From assembly GCA_036833945.1 (NCBI GenBank), contig DAITOV010000061.1, positions 1 through 18,159 of the forward strand: DNA of 18,159 nucleotides, in the 5' to 3' direction. This document shows positions 1 to 7,385 of the stretch, piece after piece. Source of the DNA: Abditibacteriia bacterium. GTDB lineage: Bacteria; Armatimonadota; Abditibacteriia; Abditibacteriales; Abditibacteriaceae. The notes beneath the pieces were generated by a model. It was not told the origin of the DNA, ran no database searches, and saw nothing but the letters and a program-made list of their open reading frames with translations. A program made the position numbers and the translations under genes. Numbering within the stretch: position 1 is the first letter of the stretch; each line of letters starts with the position of its first letter.

Positions 1-64
1 AAAACCATCTGTGCAGCACCATACCTAATAGGAAGTTAATTTTCGGGATTGGTATGACACCCCC

Positions 65-871
65 TTGCCCAGTTCCTGGAAGAAAGCCACTCCTGACGAC
101 CGTTGGCGCAAAGACCGTGTCTTCGGCATTATCTATGTTCTGCAGGGAGAAGCCGATCTCCAGCTAAGCCGTCGCATCGTCACTTGCCGCCAGGGCGACT
201 TGGCTATCATTATGCCTTACACCTGGCGCAACTCCGGCACCAAGGCCCACTGGGAACGGCCCGATACTCCCGATACCGGCAGCACCTTACTATGGCTTAT
301 GATTGAGCCGGAAGTCACTTTTACTCATTTATGCTGGTCGGGGGCTGGGCAACACGTAGGGTCGCGCAGCCTGCGCATCGCCGATGAAGCCATCTTCCCT
401 TTAGTGGAGTTGTTGCAGGAAGAACTCACAGCCAGTGAGCCAGGTGAAGCAGTGACGCAAACGCTTTTTCTCATTCTCGACCGCATGCACCGCGTGTTGC
501 GCAAAGAACGCTCGCTTACCCATGCTCCTTATTTACGCCAACGTTCTTCACCAGAAAACCTGGGCGAGCGCATCCAGCAATATATCGACGCCAATCTGGC
601 GCACCGCCCCACACTGGAAGGCGTGGCGCGCACCTTTTACGTCTCCAAGGCGCGCATCACGCGCGAGTTGCAAAAACGAACCGGCCACAGCTTCAATGCC
701 TACTTGCAACAGCGCCGTCTCGAACATGCCAAACACCTGCTAACAACCTCTGCTATCAGCGTGAAAAGCGTAGCCTGGCAAAGCGGTTTCGCCAGCCCCA
801 ACTATTTCAACACCGTTTTTCGTCGAGAGATGGGCATGGCCCCGCTAGAATATCGAAAAAAGTGTCGATAG
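65..871 (+). CDS. AraC family transcriptional regulator (cupin-like N-terminal sensor domain plus C-terminal AraC-type HTH)
   Basis: 268-aa ORF starting at a TTG; no in-frame ATG before residue 50, so the start is uncertain. The C-terminus (RPTLEGVARTFYVSKARITRELQKRTGHSFNAYLQQRRLEHAKHLLTTSAISVKSVAWQSGFASPNYFNTVFRREMGMAPLEY) shows the two AraC-type HTH subdomains. The N-terminus (VFGIIYVLQGEADL...DLAIIMPYTW) resembles an AraC ligand-binding cupin. Confidence 0.8.
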   Translation: MPSSWKKATPDDRWRKDRVFGIIYVLQGEADLQLSRRIVTCRQGDLAIIMPYTWRNSGTKAHWERPDTPDTGSTLLWLMIEPEVTFTHLCWSGAGQHVGSRSLRIADEAIFPLVELLQEELTASEPGEAVTQTLFLILDRMHRVLRKERSLTHAPYLRQRSSPENLGERIQQYIDANLAHRPTLEGVARTFYVSKARITRELQKRTGHSFNAYLQQRRLEHAKHLLTTSAISVKSVAWQSGFASPNYFNTVFRREMGMAPLEYRKKCR

Positions 872-887
872 TGCAATAAAAAACACG

Positions 888-903
888 ATTTCACAGTTTC
901 ACA
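888..903 (+). promoter_or_regulatory. Tandem direct repeat TTTCACAG TTTCACAG between the AraC gene and the H-X9-DG gene; candidate AraC-type direct-repeat operator
   Basis: Exact 8-bp tandem seen at 888-903, about 85 bp upstream of the ATG at 987. AraC-family proteins classically bind direct-repeat half sites. No binding data. Confidence 0.25.
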
Positions 904-986
904 GAGCCGGTGGAAGGGAATAATAGAAGCAGCCTCATCGGCCCGAGCGCACTATACTTCTAGTGACACCGGGCAAGGAGAACGAA

Positions 987-1763
987 ATGAAATGCAGCAC
1001 TAAACGCGGTTTCACATTAATCGAATTATTAGTTGTTATAGCCATCATTTCAATACTTGCTGCCATCCTGTTCCCGGTGTTCGCTCGCGCAAGAGAGAAT
1101 GCGCGCCGCGCAAGCTGTCTGAGTAATATGAAACAGATCGGGTTAGGGTTTATGATGTATCTGCAAGATTACGATGAACGATTCCCCAGCGATAGAAAAA
1201 CCGGCAATGGCACCACGCCGCCCGCCGAAGCCGGAGGTTCATGGACAAGTGGTTATTGGTATTGGCAACAAATGATTTATCCTTACACCAAAAGCCTGCA
1301 AGTCTACTTTTGCCCATCCAGCCCCGGGCCGGGGCTGTCGGGTGGTGCAGGTTCGTTAACTCCCCCTTCGAAAAACGCCATATTTTACAATTACGGCACA
1401 AATATGCTGGTCAATAGGAATACGATAACACTCGCGAGTGTGATGTATCCCACCACCACCTATCTGGTTATGGATAGCAGTGCTTGGCGCATTACCGGTA
1501 GCGCCCTCGGCGCCAGCGGATACGGGTATGTTCCTGGAATGGGAGAGTTAGGAGTAACCGCTACAGAATCAACAATTTATCCGTTAGATTGGCCCAAAGG
1601 ACGTCATTTTGACGGAGCCAATGTCGCCTTTGCTGACGGGCATGCCAAATGGGTAAAAACGCAAACTATTTATACCGAAGGAAAAAATTGTATCGGTTGT
1701 TCACACAATAACGATATACAACCGGCAACAGCTAAAAGCGCCTGGAATCCGTATGCGGAATAA
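987..1763 (+). CDS. Prepilin-type N-terminal cleavage/methylation domain protein with C-terminal H-X9-DG (DUF1559) domain (pseudopilin-like)
   Basis: ATG at 987 is preceded by AAGGAGA at 975-981 with 5-nt spacing; the ORF track begins at an upstream GTG (963). The N-terminus [53 protein letters not shown] is the canonical class III signal plus the DUF1559 lead-in. The C-terminus has [13 protein letters not shown], matching H-X9-DG. GC is about 48%, lower than the window average. Confidence 0.85.
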   Translation: MKCSTKRGFTLIELLVVIAIISILAAILFPVFARARENARRASCLSNMKQIGLGFMMYLQDYDERFPSDRKTGNGTTPPAEAGGSWTSGYWYWQQMIYPYTKSLQVYFCPSSPGPGLSGGAGSLTPPSKNAIFYNYGTNMLVNRNTITLASVMYPTTTYLVMDSSAWRITGSALGASGYGYVPGMGELGVTATESTIYPLDWPKGRHFDGANVAFADGHAKWVKTQTIYTEGKNCIGCSHNNDIQPATAKSAWNPYAE

Positions 1764-1770
1764 GAATAAC

Positions 1771-1812
1771 GGCAAGGCAGAAGGCAGAATGAGGAATGCA
1801 GAAGCAAGGCAA
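1771..1812 (+). repeat. Purine-rich heptamer tandem repeat (AAGGCAG AAGGCAG AATGAGG AATGCAG AAGCAAG)
   Basis: Read directly from ggcaaggcagaaggcagaatgaggaatgcagaagcaaggcaa: five consecutive 7-nt units of consensus AAKGMAG, immediately 3' of the H-X9-DG stop codon. Confidence 0.3.
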
Positions 1813-1832
1813 CCAGACGTTGGCGCAAATCT

Positions 1833-1851
1833 CCCCTCCCTCAGGGAGGGG
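1833..1851. other. C-run/G-run hairpin CCCCTCCC-TCA-GGGAGGGG (8-bp stem, 3-nt loop)
   Basis: Perfect complementarity verified by hand. It lies about 70 nt after the H-X9-DG stop with no downstream T-run, so it is not a canonical intrinsic terminator. Confidence 0.45.
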
Positions 1852-1862
1852 CCAGGGGAGGG
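1844..1862 (+). other. Potential G-quadruplex motif GGGAGGGGCCAGGGGAGGG (four G3+ runs, loops of 1-3 nt)
   Basis: Fits the G3+N1-7G3+N1-7G3+N1-7G3+ pattern on the + strand. It overlaps the 3' arm of the hairpin at 1833-1851, so it would form as an alternative structure. Confidence 0.35.
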
Positions 1863-1969
1863 AGTCGGAGCCTCACAATTCCCCCGGCCCATTTGAATAG
1901 CCCCTTATTAATCCCAATCCTTTGCCCTCAAAAATTGGAAGTCTTCAAATGCAGAAATCCCCCACCCAG

Positions 1970-1988
1970 CCTCCCCCTGAGGGGGAGG
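1970..1988. other. Second C-run/G-run hairpin CCTCCCCC-TGA-GGGGGAGG (8-bp stem, 3-nt loop), same architecture as 1833-1851
   Basis: Perfect complementarity verified. It sits about 45 nt upstream of the beta-helix gene start (2032), likely in its 5' UTR. The C-rich arm region cccacccagcctccccc gives G-runs on the minus strand. Confidence 0.45.
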
Positions 1989-2031
1989 AGTTACGCCTCA
2001 GCCGCCCCGCCCAGCCAAAAACATTTCAACC

Positions 2032-3300
2032 ATGAAAACCCCCTCTCACTCTCCCACCCGCCTTTTCACCATTTGCGCTCTTTCTCTCTGTCCTGCTTTA
2101 GCCCACGCCGATATCCACGTACCGTGGAACGCCACCGATGCTACCGCCAACATTCAGGCGGCGATAGACACCGGCGATTCCAAAATTATCCTCGATAACC
2201 ACGGCGCACCGTGGCAAACCGGACCTATCTTCCTCACCAAGCCCAACCAGGAGATTCATTTTGCCAATGGCGCGCAAGTGATGGCTATTGCGGGTGGCTA
2301 TCAGGGCACGCGCGACGCCATGTTCACGGTGCAGGCCGATAATGTCACGCTAAACGGTTATGCCAACGGCACCGATACCACGGCAGGCACCGCGACTCTG
2401 CAAATGCGCAAGGCCGACTACCAGAACCCGCCCTATACTCCAGGCGAATGGCGTCACACGGTGTATGTAGGCGGCTTCAGCAACGTCACCGTGCAGGGCC
2501 TCACTCTGAAAGATAGCGGCGGCGACGGCATTTGCGTGGGGCGTAAGTTCTCCACCCTGGGCTATGCCCACAACGTCACCATCCGCGATATTGTGAGTGA
2601 TGGCAATCATCGCCAGGGCATCAGCATCGGCTCGGCGGTGAATCTCACAGTCACTAATGCCGTCTTTAAAAATACTGACGGCACCCCGCCCCAGGCCGGG
2701 GTCGATCTCGAACCCGACCAGCCTTATGACCGCCTTGAGAACATCCGATTTCAAAATTGCCGGTTCGAGAACAATACCGGCTCAAACATTATCATCCACC
2801 TGAAGCGCCAGTTTGGCGAACAGGTGAAAGATGTCAGCATCGACTTCATTGATTGTGTTCTCGACGGCAGCAGTCAGGCGGGCATCTTCCTGGCCTGGCT
2901 CCTCCCCGATGGCCCCGGCGGCCATATCACCTTTAAGAACTGCCAGATTCGCAACGCGGATAACTGCGGCATTCTCTTAGGAGCCTGGGCCGCAGGAAAA
3001 CTCAAGGTCACCTTCGATAATGTGAGTGTGGAGAATTCCGCTCTCACTACCGGCTACCCGATAATGTTCCAGAAATCGGTGGCCCCGTTATGGGTTTCGG
3101 GTGGTGTCGATTTCATCAATGGCTGCACCGTGGTCGACAGTAAAACCAACCGCAGCACCATCATCGGCGCTTCCAACAACCTGCTGAGCGTGGGCTTTAA
3201 AGACATCAACGGCAGTATCGACGTCACCACCGCTTCCCCCACCGCCCAACTCCTCAACCTGGGAACGATGCTGGATAATGTCGGGTTGGTGGCGAATTAA
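2032..3300 (+). CDS. Secreted right-handed parallel beta-helix repeat protein (pectate-lyase-like fold; probable polysaccharide hydrolase/lyase)
   Basis: Signal peptide MKTPSHSPTRLFTICALSLCPALAHA. N-terminal NATDATANIQAAIDTGDSKIILDN is a typical pectate_lyase_3-like lead-in. Repeated beta-helix coils follow: NVTVQGLTLKDSGGDGICVG, NVTIRDIVSDGNHRQGISIGSAVNLTVTNAVFKNT, IRFQNCRFENNTGSNIII. Confidence 0.75.
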   Translation: MKTPSHSPTRLFTICALSLCPALAHADIHVPWNATDATANIQAAIDTGDSKIILDNHGAPWQTGPIFLTKPNQEIHFANGAQVMAIAGGYQGTRDAMFTVQADNVTLNGYANGTDTTAGTATLQMRKADYQNPPYTPGEWRHTVYVGGFSNVTVQGLTLKDSGGDGICVGRKFSTLGYAHNVTIRDIVSDGNHRQGISIGSAVNLTVTNAVFKNTDGTPPQAGVDLEPDQPYDRLENIRFQNCRFENNTGSNIIIHLKRQFGEQVKDVSIDFIDCVLDGSSQAGIFLAWLLPDGPGGHITFKNCQIRNADNCGILLGAWAAGKLKVTFDNVSVENSALTTGYPIMFQKSVAPLWVSGGVDFINGCTVVDSKTNRSTIIGASNNLLSVGFKDINGSIDVTTASPTAQLLNLGTMLDNVGLVAN

Positions 3301-3457
3301 AGACAATCAGCATGATGAAATAGAACGCCGCATGTGGGACGAGGTTGGGAAATAAGCTAATATTGTACATGCTTCAATCGTGCTTTAGAGCGAATTCCCA
3401 CCCGTACGGGAATAACAGGGTGGGAAAGCAAATACCAGATAGGAAAGCTTCTCCCTC

Positions 3458-4342
3458 ATGAAAAACCTCGTCCCCAAACTGCTGTGCGTCGTTTTGCTGC
3501 TGGCCTCTACCTCCTCGGCCCACGCCATTACCTTCCGCGTTTCACCTTCCAACCCCCAACCCGGCGATGTGCTCTCGCTTTCGGTTTGGCCGGGCAAAGG
3601 CGAAGTCATCAAAGGCGTGGGTATGAAAGCCTTCGATACCGACGAGGTAAAATTCTCCCGCCGCGAAGACGGCGTAGCACGTGCTTTTTTGGGTTTTCCC
3701 TTCGACCGCAGCGGCGGCAAAGTCACTTTGAATGCCCGCGTGCAGTTTGAAAAGGACGGCGAGATGCAAGAGCAAATCGTGAGCGTGCCGCTGGCTACTC
3801 GTTCGCGGCATTTCCCCACCCAGCGCATCACCATGCGCAACTCCAATTCCGGCAAGATGTCGCAGACCGCCGCTTTGCGCCGTGAGAAGCAGCATGTACA
3901 AAGCAAGATGAAAAACTCTTCATCTACCCCGCTATGGACCGGCAACTGGCTCGTGCCTGCCCCCGGCAATTCGACATCGGCCTATGGACGCAAGCGCTAC
4001 GTCAACGGCAAATGGTGGGGCCAGCACAATGGAGCCGATGTCAAAGCCGCTTCCGGCACGCCGGTAATCGCTTCCAACTCGGGCCGCATCGTGCTGTCGG
4101 AAAACCTGCCGCTGCTGCGCGGCAACTGCATCGTCATCGACCATGGCTGCAATGTATTCTCCATCTACATGCACCTTTCCAGGCGCAATGTGAGCGTGGG
4201 CGATACCGTCGCTAAAGGCGAGCGGATCGGTGCGGTCGGCGCGACCGGGTTTGTGACCGGTGCGCATCTGCACTGGGAAGTGCGTGTGGGCTGGGAACCG
4301 GTCGATCCCAACCGCGTGGTAAGCCGGGGCCTGACTTTTTAA
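3458..4342 (+). CDS. Secreted M23 family metallopeptidase (LytM-like peptidoglycan endopeptidase)
   Basis: Signal peptide MKNLVPKLLCVVLLLASTSSAHA. The C-terminal domain carries the M23 motifs GQHNGADV (HxxxD) and GAHLHWEV (HxH): ...IVIDHGCNVFSIYMHLS...GATGFVTGAHLHWEVRV. Confidence 0.85.
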   Translation: MKNLVPKLLCVVLLLASTSSAHAITFRVSPSNPQPGDVLSLSVWPGKGEVIKGVGMKAFDTDEVKFSRREDGVARAFLGFPFDRSGGKVTLNARVQFEKDGEMQEQIVSVPLATRSRHFPTQRITMRNSNSGKMSQTAALRREKQHVQSKMKNSSSTPLWTGNWLVPAPGNSTSAYGRKRYVNGKWWGQHNGADVKAASGTPVIASNSGRIVLSENLPLLRGNCIVIDHGCNVFSIYMHLSRRNVSVGDTVAKGERIGAVGATGFVTGAHLHWEVRVGWEPVDPNRVVSRGLTF

Positions 4343-4436
4343 ACGGCTGATTTACCACAGAGGACGCGGAGGACACAGAGATATTGAGAGTTGGGTTCAC
4401 TGCAAAGGGCACTTATAGCGATAAAGATATTTAGCC

Positions 4437-4577
4437 ACAGATTGACACAGATTACACAGATGAGGGTTGAAGTCACGATGAGCAGACGGCCTCCAGTAAT
4501 GAATGTCGAGATGAAACATTGAAACGGCTCTGTGCCTACAATCTGTGTAATCTGTGTCAATCTGTGGCTAATTAAAG
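4437..4577. repeat. 31-bp perfect inverted repeat (TTAGCCACAGATTGACACAGATTACACAGAT and its reverse complement) flanking a 78-bp core; each arm carries three CACAGAT heptamers
   Basis: Left arm 4437-4467 and right arm 4547-4577, reverse complementarity verified by hand. Degenerate CACAGAG copies also occur upstream at about 4357 and 4374. It sits in the 3' region of the M23 gene, just before the terminator. Confidence 0.6.
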
Positions 4578-4583
4578 AGGCGG

Positions 4584-4619
4584 CCCCGAAACTTGGGGCC
4601 GCCTTTTTATTTACTACCA
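4584..4619 (+). terminator. Rho-independent terminator AGGCGGCCCC-GAAACTT-GGGGCCGCCT followed by TTTTTATTT (serves the + strand M23 gene; also placed at the 3' end of the convergent flotillin gene)
   Basis: 10-bp GC-rich stem, 7-nt loop and a T-run on the + strand. The minus-strand reading lacks a good U-run. Confidence 0.7.
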
Positions 4620-4625
4620 CCGTTC

Positions 4626-6539
4626 TCAAGCTTGCGGAGTGTCGGGTTTTTCTGCTTTCGCTTCGGCTTTGGCCGGAGCTTTTTCCTGTGGCTTGGTAGC
4701 TGCTTCTACATCGGCTGCGGTCACGTCTTTGCCGGTCATCTGCTTGATGAGGGCAGAACCCCACTCGCCCAGGTTGCCCACGGCGTTTTTCACGTTCTCG
4801 GAGCCGCCGGTCAGAAAGCCATCGGCCAACTGGCTGTAGCCCTGGCCCTGGATGAACGACTGCGACATCTTGGCGAAGGTGGTCGGGTCGCCCCAGATCT
4901 GCATGTTGGCCTGCGACAGCGCGTTGCCCATGGCCTGTGCCTTGGCGGTTTCGACCTGTTTCTGGGCTTCGATCTGTGCCAGTGCGATCTGCAAGTCTTT
5001 CGCGATTTCGGCGTGGCGCGACTGGATTTCGAGGTCTTTCTCTTTCACGTCTACACGGGCGCTTTCGATATCGACTCGCTCGCGTTCCACTTCCACCGGC
5101 ACCATCTGCACGGCTTTTTGACCGGTCGCTTCCAACACCTTGGCGTCGCGCTGGGCTTCGGCCAAAACGCGTTGCGCTTCAGCGCGGCGGGCCGACGATT
5201 CGCGTTCGCCTTCTGCGGTCTTCACCATAGCGTACACATCGACATCGGCTTCCATCTGACGGCGCAAGCGGTCTTTTTCGATACCGGCTTGTTCGTCGAT
5301 GATGGTGCGCGATTTTTCACGTTCGGCGGTTGCGGTCACTTCCACCGTCTGCACCGCCTGGCGCTTCTCTTCTTTTTCGGCTTCAGCCGCAAAGCGCTGG
5401 GCATCGGCTTCGGCGCGTTCTTTTTCCTTCAAGGCCACAGCAATTTCTTTTTCGCGAGACGAAATTTCCACAGCGCGGATTTTTTCGATCTCAGCAATCT
5501 GCTGGGCACGTTCGCGAGCCTGGTTGGCAACTTCGATGGCCTTTTGCTTTTCGACGTCGTTCACCTGAAGCGCCTTGTCCTTCTCGATAGTGGCGATACC
5601 GGCGCGGGCTTCCTGCTCGGCGGTAAACGAATCGGCTTTCTGCTGGGCTTCGGCACGGGCCTGCTTGATTTGCGCGACCTGTTCGGCTTCGACCTGGGCG
5701 CGTTCGCGTTCCTGGGCGTAGATGAACTTCTGCGATTCCACTTCCTGCTGCTTCACTTGCTGGTCGGCCATACGCTCGATGCGGTTGCGTTCCACACGCT
5801 GGGTCTGCACCACGGCGGCGATTGTCTTCAAACCCTGAGCATCGAAAACGTTATCCTGTTCACGCAGTGCGTTGGGCGGCGTCTGGTCGAGACGCGAGAT
5901 GGTAGTCGATTCCAGCGTCAGACCGTTGTGCTTGAGGTCTTGCTCGACGATGGCTTGCACCGCGTCGGCGAAATCGCTTCGCTTGGTGTGCAACTCGTTC
6001 AGGGTTTTGGTGGCAGCCACGGTGCGCAAAGCCGAAACCAGCTTCTGTTCGACCAGTTCCTTCACGGTATCGGCATTCACCGAACGCTCGCCCAAACTGG
6101 TGGCGGCGTTGATGATATCGTTATCGTTTTTCTGCACCTTGATATAGAATTCAGCTTCGACGTCGGTGCGGAGGTTGTCGCCGGTGATGAGCGCGTCTTT
6201 TTCCAGACGGCGAACATCCAGACGCATGGTTTCGAGCGAAACCGGAATGATGTTGTGTAGCACCGGAATCACCAGCTTACCGCCATCGACCACACACTGT
6301 GTGCCACCGCTACCGGTGCGCACGAAAGCTTCGTTGGCCGACGACTTCCGATAGAGGCGGGTGACCGTGATAACGGCAGCTCCCAGAACCAGCAATATCA
6401 GCCCGGCCACACCCAACACAAGAGTGGCTCCAGTCGGCAAATAGTTCGCTACAAAGAACGGCCCCACCATCAACGCCAGGGCCGCCAAGATCATGGTCAT
6501 CCCACAACCGGCACCCGAATTGGCACTACGTGTTTGCAT
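4626..6539 (-). CDS. Flotillin-like SPFH/band-7 domain protein (YqiK/FloT-like) with extended Glu/Ala-rich coiled coil
   Basis: 637 aa. It has an N-terminal TM region (ILAALALMVGPFFVANYL...LILLVLGAAVITV) followed by an SPFH domain (VVDGGKLVIPVLHNIIPVSLETMRLDV...FYIKV...). A long EA-repeat coiled coil follows (AQVEAEQVAQIKQARAEAQQKA...). AAGGAG sits 5 nt upstream of the ATG on the minus strand. Confidence 0.85.
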   Translation of the reverse strand: MQTRSANSGAGCGMTMILAALALMVGPFFVANYLPTGATLVLGVAGLILLVLGAAVITVTRLYRKSSANEAFVRTGSGGTQCVVDGGKLVIPVLHNIIPVSLETMRLDVRRLEKDALITGDNLRTDVEAEFYIKVQKNDNDIINAATSLGERSVNADTVKELVEQKLVSALRTVAATKTLNELHTKRSDFADAVQAIVEQDLKHNGLTLESTTISRLDQTPPNALREQDNVFDAQGLKTIAAVVQTQRVERNRIERMADQQVKQQEVESQKFIYAQERERAQVEAEQVAQIKQARAEAQQKADSFTAEQEARAGIATIEKDKALQVNDVEKQKAIEVANQARERAQQIAEIEKIRAVEISSREKEIAVALKEKERAEADAQRFAAEAEKEEKRQAVQTVEVTATAEREKSRTIIDEQAGIEKDRLRRQMEADVDVYAMVKTAEGERESSARRAEAQRVLAEAQRDAKVLEATGQKAVQMVPVEVERERVDIESARVDVKEKDLEIQSRHAEIAKDLQIALAQIEAQKQVETAKAQAMGNALSQANMQIWGDPTTFAKMSQSFIQGQGYSQLADGFLTGGSENVKNAVGNLGEWGSALIKQMTGKDVTAADVEAATKPQEKAPAKAEAKAEKPDTPQA

Positions 6540-6588
6540 GCAATCTCCTTTATTGACCTACCTTAATCCTACATTAACCCTTAGCGGC

Positions 6589-7314
6589 TCAAGGTAGAGC
6601 GCGCTTATTATCGCTGTTTTCCAGCGTATTTTCCAGTGGATCGTGACGAACGTAGAAAACTTTTTTCTCGCGGTCGTAATCGAACAGAATAATCGGCGTG
6701 TTTGGCGGCAGCGATTTGATTTCGTGTTCGTCACTTTTTAAACGGCATGGCACTTCGTGCAGGGTGCCATATTGATCGTTGAGTTGCGCCGTGCCCGAAA
6801 CCGGCGTAATGGTAAATCGCACCTTGGCGCGCCGTCCCACCAACTGCACATCGGAGACGGCATAGTTTTCATCGAGCGGCAATATCTTCGTCATGCCGAA
6901 CACGAGAAAGCGTGTGAAGAGCAGCGACATGAAAAGCGCTATCGCAACGGAAATCCACACATAGAGGGCTGGTGCGGGCAGGAATGAACGAAAAACTTCA
7001 TTACTGGCCCAGCCGGAAAAGCCCCACACGAAACAGAAGCAAGTGGCAATTAAAGAAAGGGGAACACGCCCTACCCCAAGCAAGGTGAGCATGTGACCGA
7101 CGAACCCCGGCCCTTCGGGAGCATGGGCATCCATGTGAGCATCATGATCGATGTCGTGATCGAGGCCAATATCATGATCGTGGTCCAGCCCGAAATCGTG
7201 TCCGCCTTCGGCCACCACGGCACCGGTTGCCATGAGCAGCACATAGACGAGCGCCAGCCCGAACGGCAACAAGAAGATGAGGTTCCACCACTGCAACAGG
7301 TCAACAAAGTTCAT
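6589..7314 (-). CDS. NfeD-like / YqiJ-like (DUF1449-type) membrane protein, flotillin partner, with a His/Asp-rich insert
   Basis: N-terminal TM helix, then GGHDFGLDHDHDIGLDHDIDHDAHMDAHAP, then 2-3 more TM helices. The C-terminal soluble beta-rich region (VQLVGRRAKVRFTITPVSGTAQLNDQYGTLHEVPC...ILFDYDREKKVFYVRH) is consistent with the NfeD OB-fold. It lies immediately upstream of the flotillin gene, as in yqiJ-yqiK-type pairs. No clear SD, so the start is uncertain. Confidence 0.65.
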   Translation of the reverse strand: MNFVDLLQWWNLIFLLPFGLALVYVLLMATGAVVAEGGHDFGLDHDHDIGLDHDIDHDAHMDAHAPEGPGFVGHMLTLLGVGRVPLSLIATCFCFVWGFSGWASNEVFRSFLPAPALYVWISVAIALFMSLLFTRFLVFGMTKILPLDENYAVSDVQLVGRRAKVRFTITPVSGTAQLNDQYGTLHEVPCRLKSDEHEIKSLPPNTPIILFDYDREKKVFYVRHDPLENTLENSDNKRALP

Positions 7315-7385
7315 TTGTTATTGATACTTGCGGCCCGGCTTACTCATTGTTGGGAGTACTTTAAAGCACTCTGGTTAGAGGTTGG

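Noticed and set aside
1893-2198. 101-aa + strand ORF spanning the hairpin region and overlapping the start of the beta-helix gene out of frame
   Set aside because: Pro/Ser/Arg-rich translation of C-run DNA. The downstream in-frame beta-helix ORF with a signal peptide explains the region.
3385-3969. 194-aa minus-strand ORF and other antisense ORFs (3484-3750, 3542-3901, 3932-4273) overlapping the M23 peptidase gene
   Set aside because: They overlap a CDS with clear signal-peptide and catalytic motifs on the other strand, with no RBS or domain evidence.
4593-6260. 555-aa + strand ORF antisense to the flotillin gene
   Set aside because: It lies entirely inside the well-supported minus-strand flotillin CDS. 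The translation is low-complexity (F/G/L/R-rich) with no domain signal, the kind of spurious long antisense ORF seen in GC-rich coiled-coil genes.
7315-7385. Imperfect palindrome GAGTGCTTTAAAGTACTC in the PspA-to-NfeD spacer
   Set aside because: Only a 6-bp stem with a mismatch, compatible with chance. It is mentioned but not promoted to a feature.
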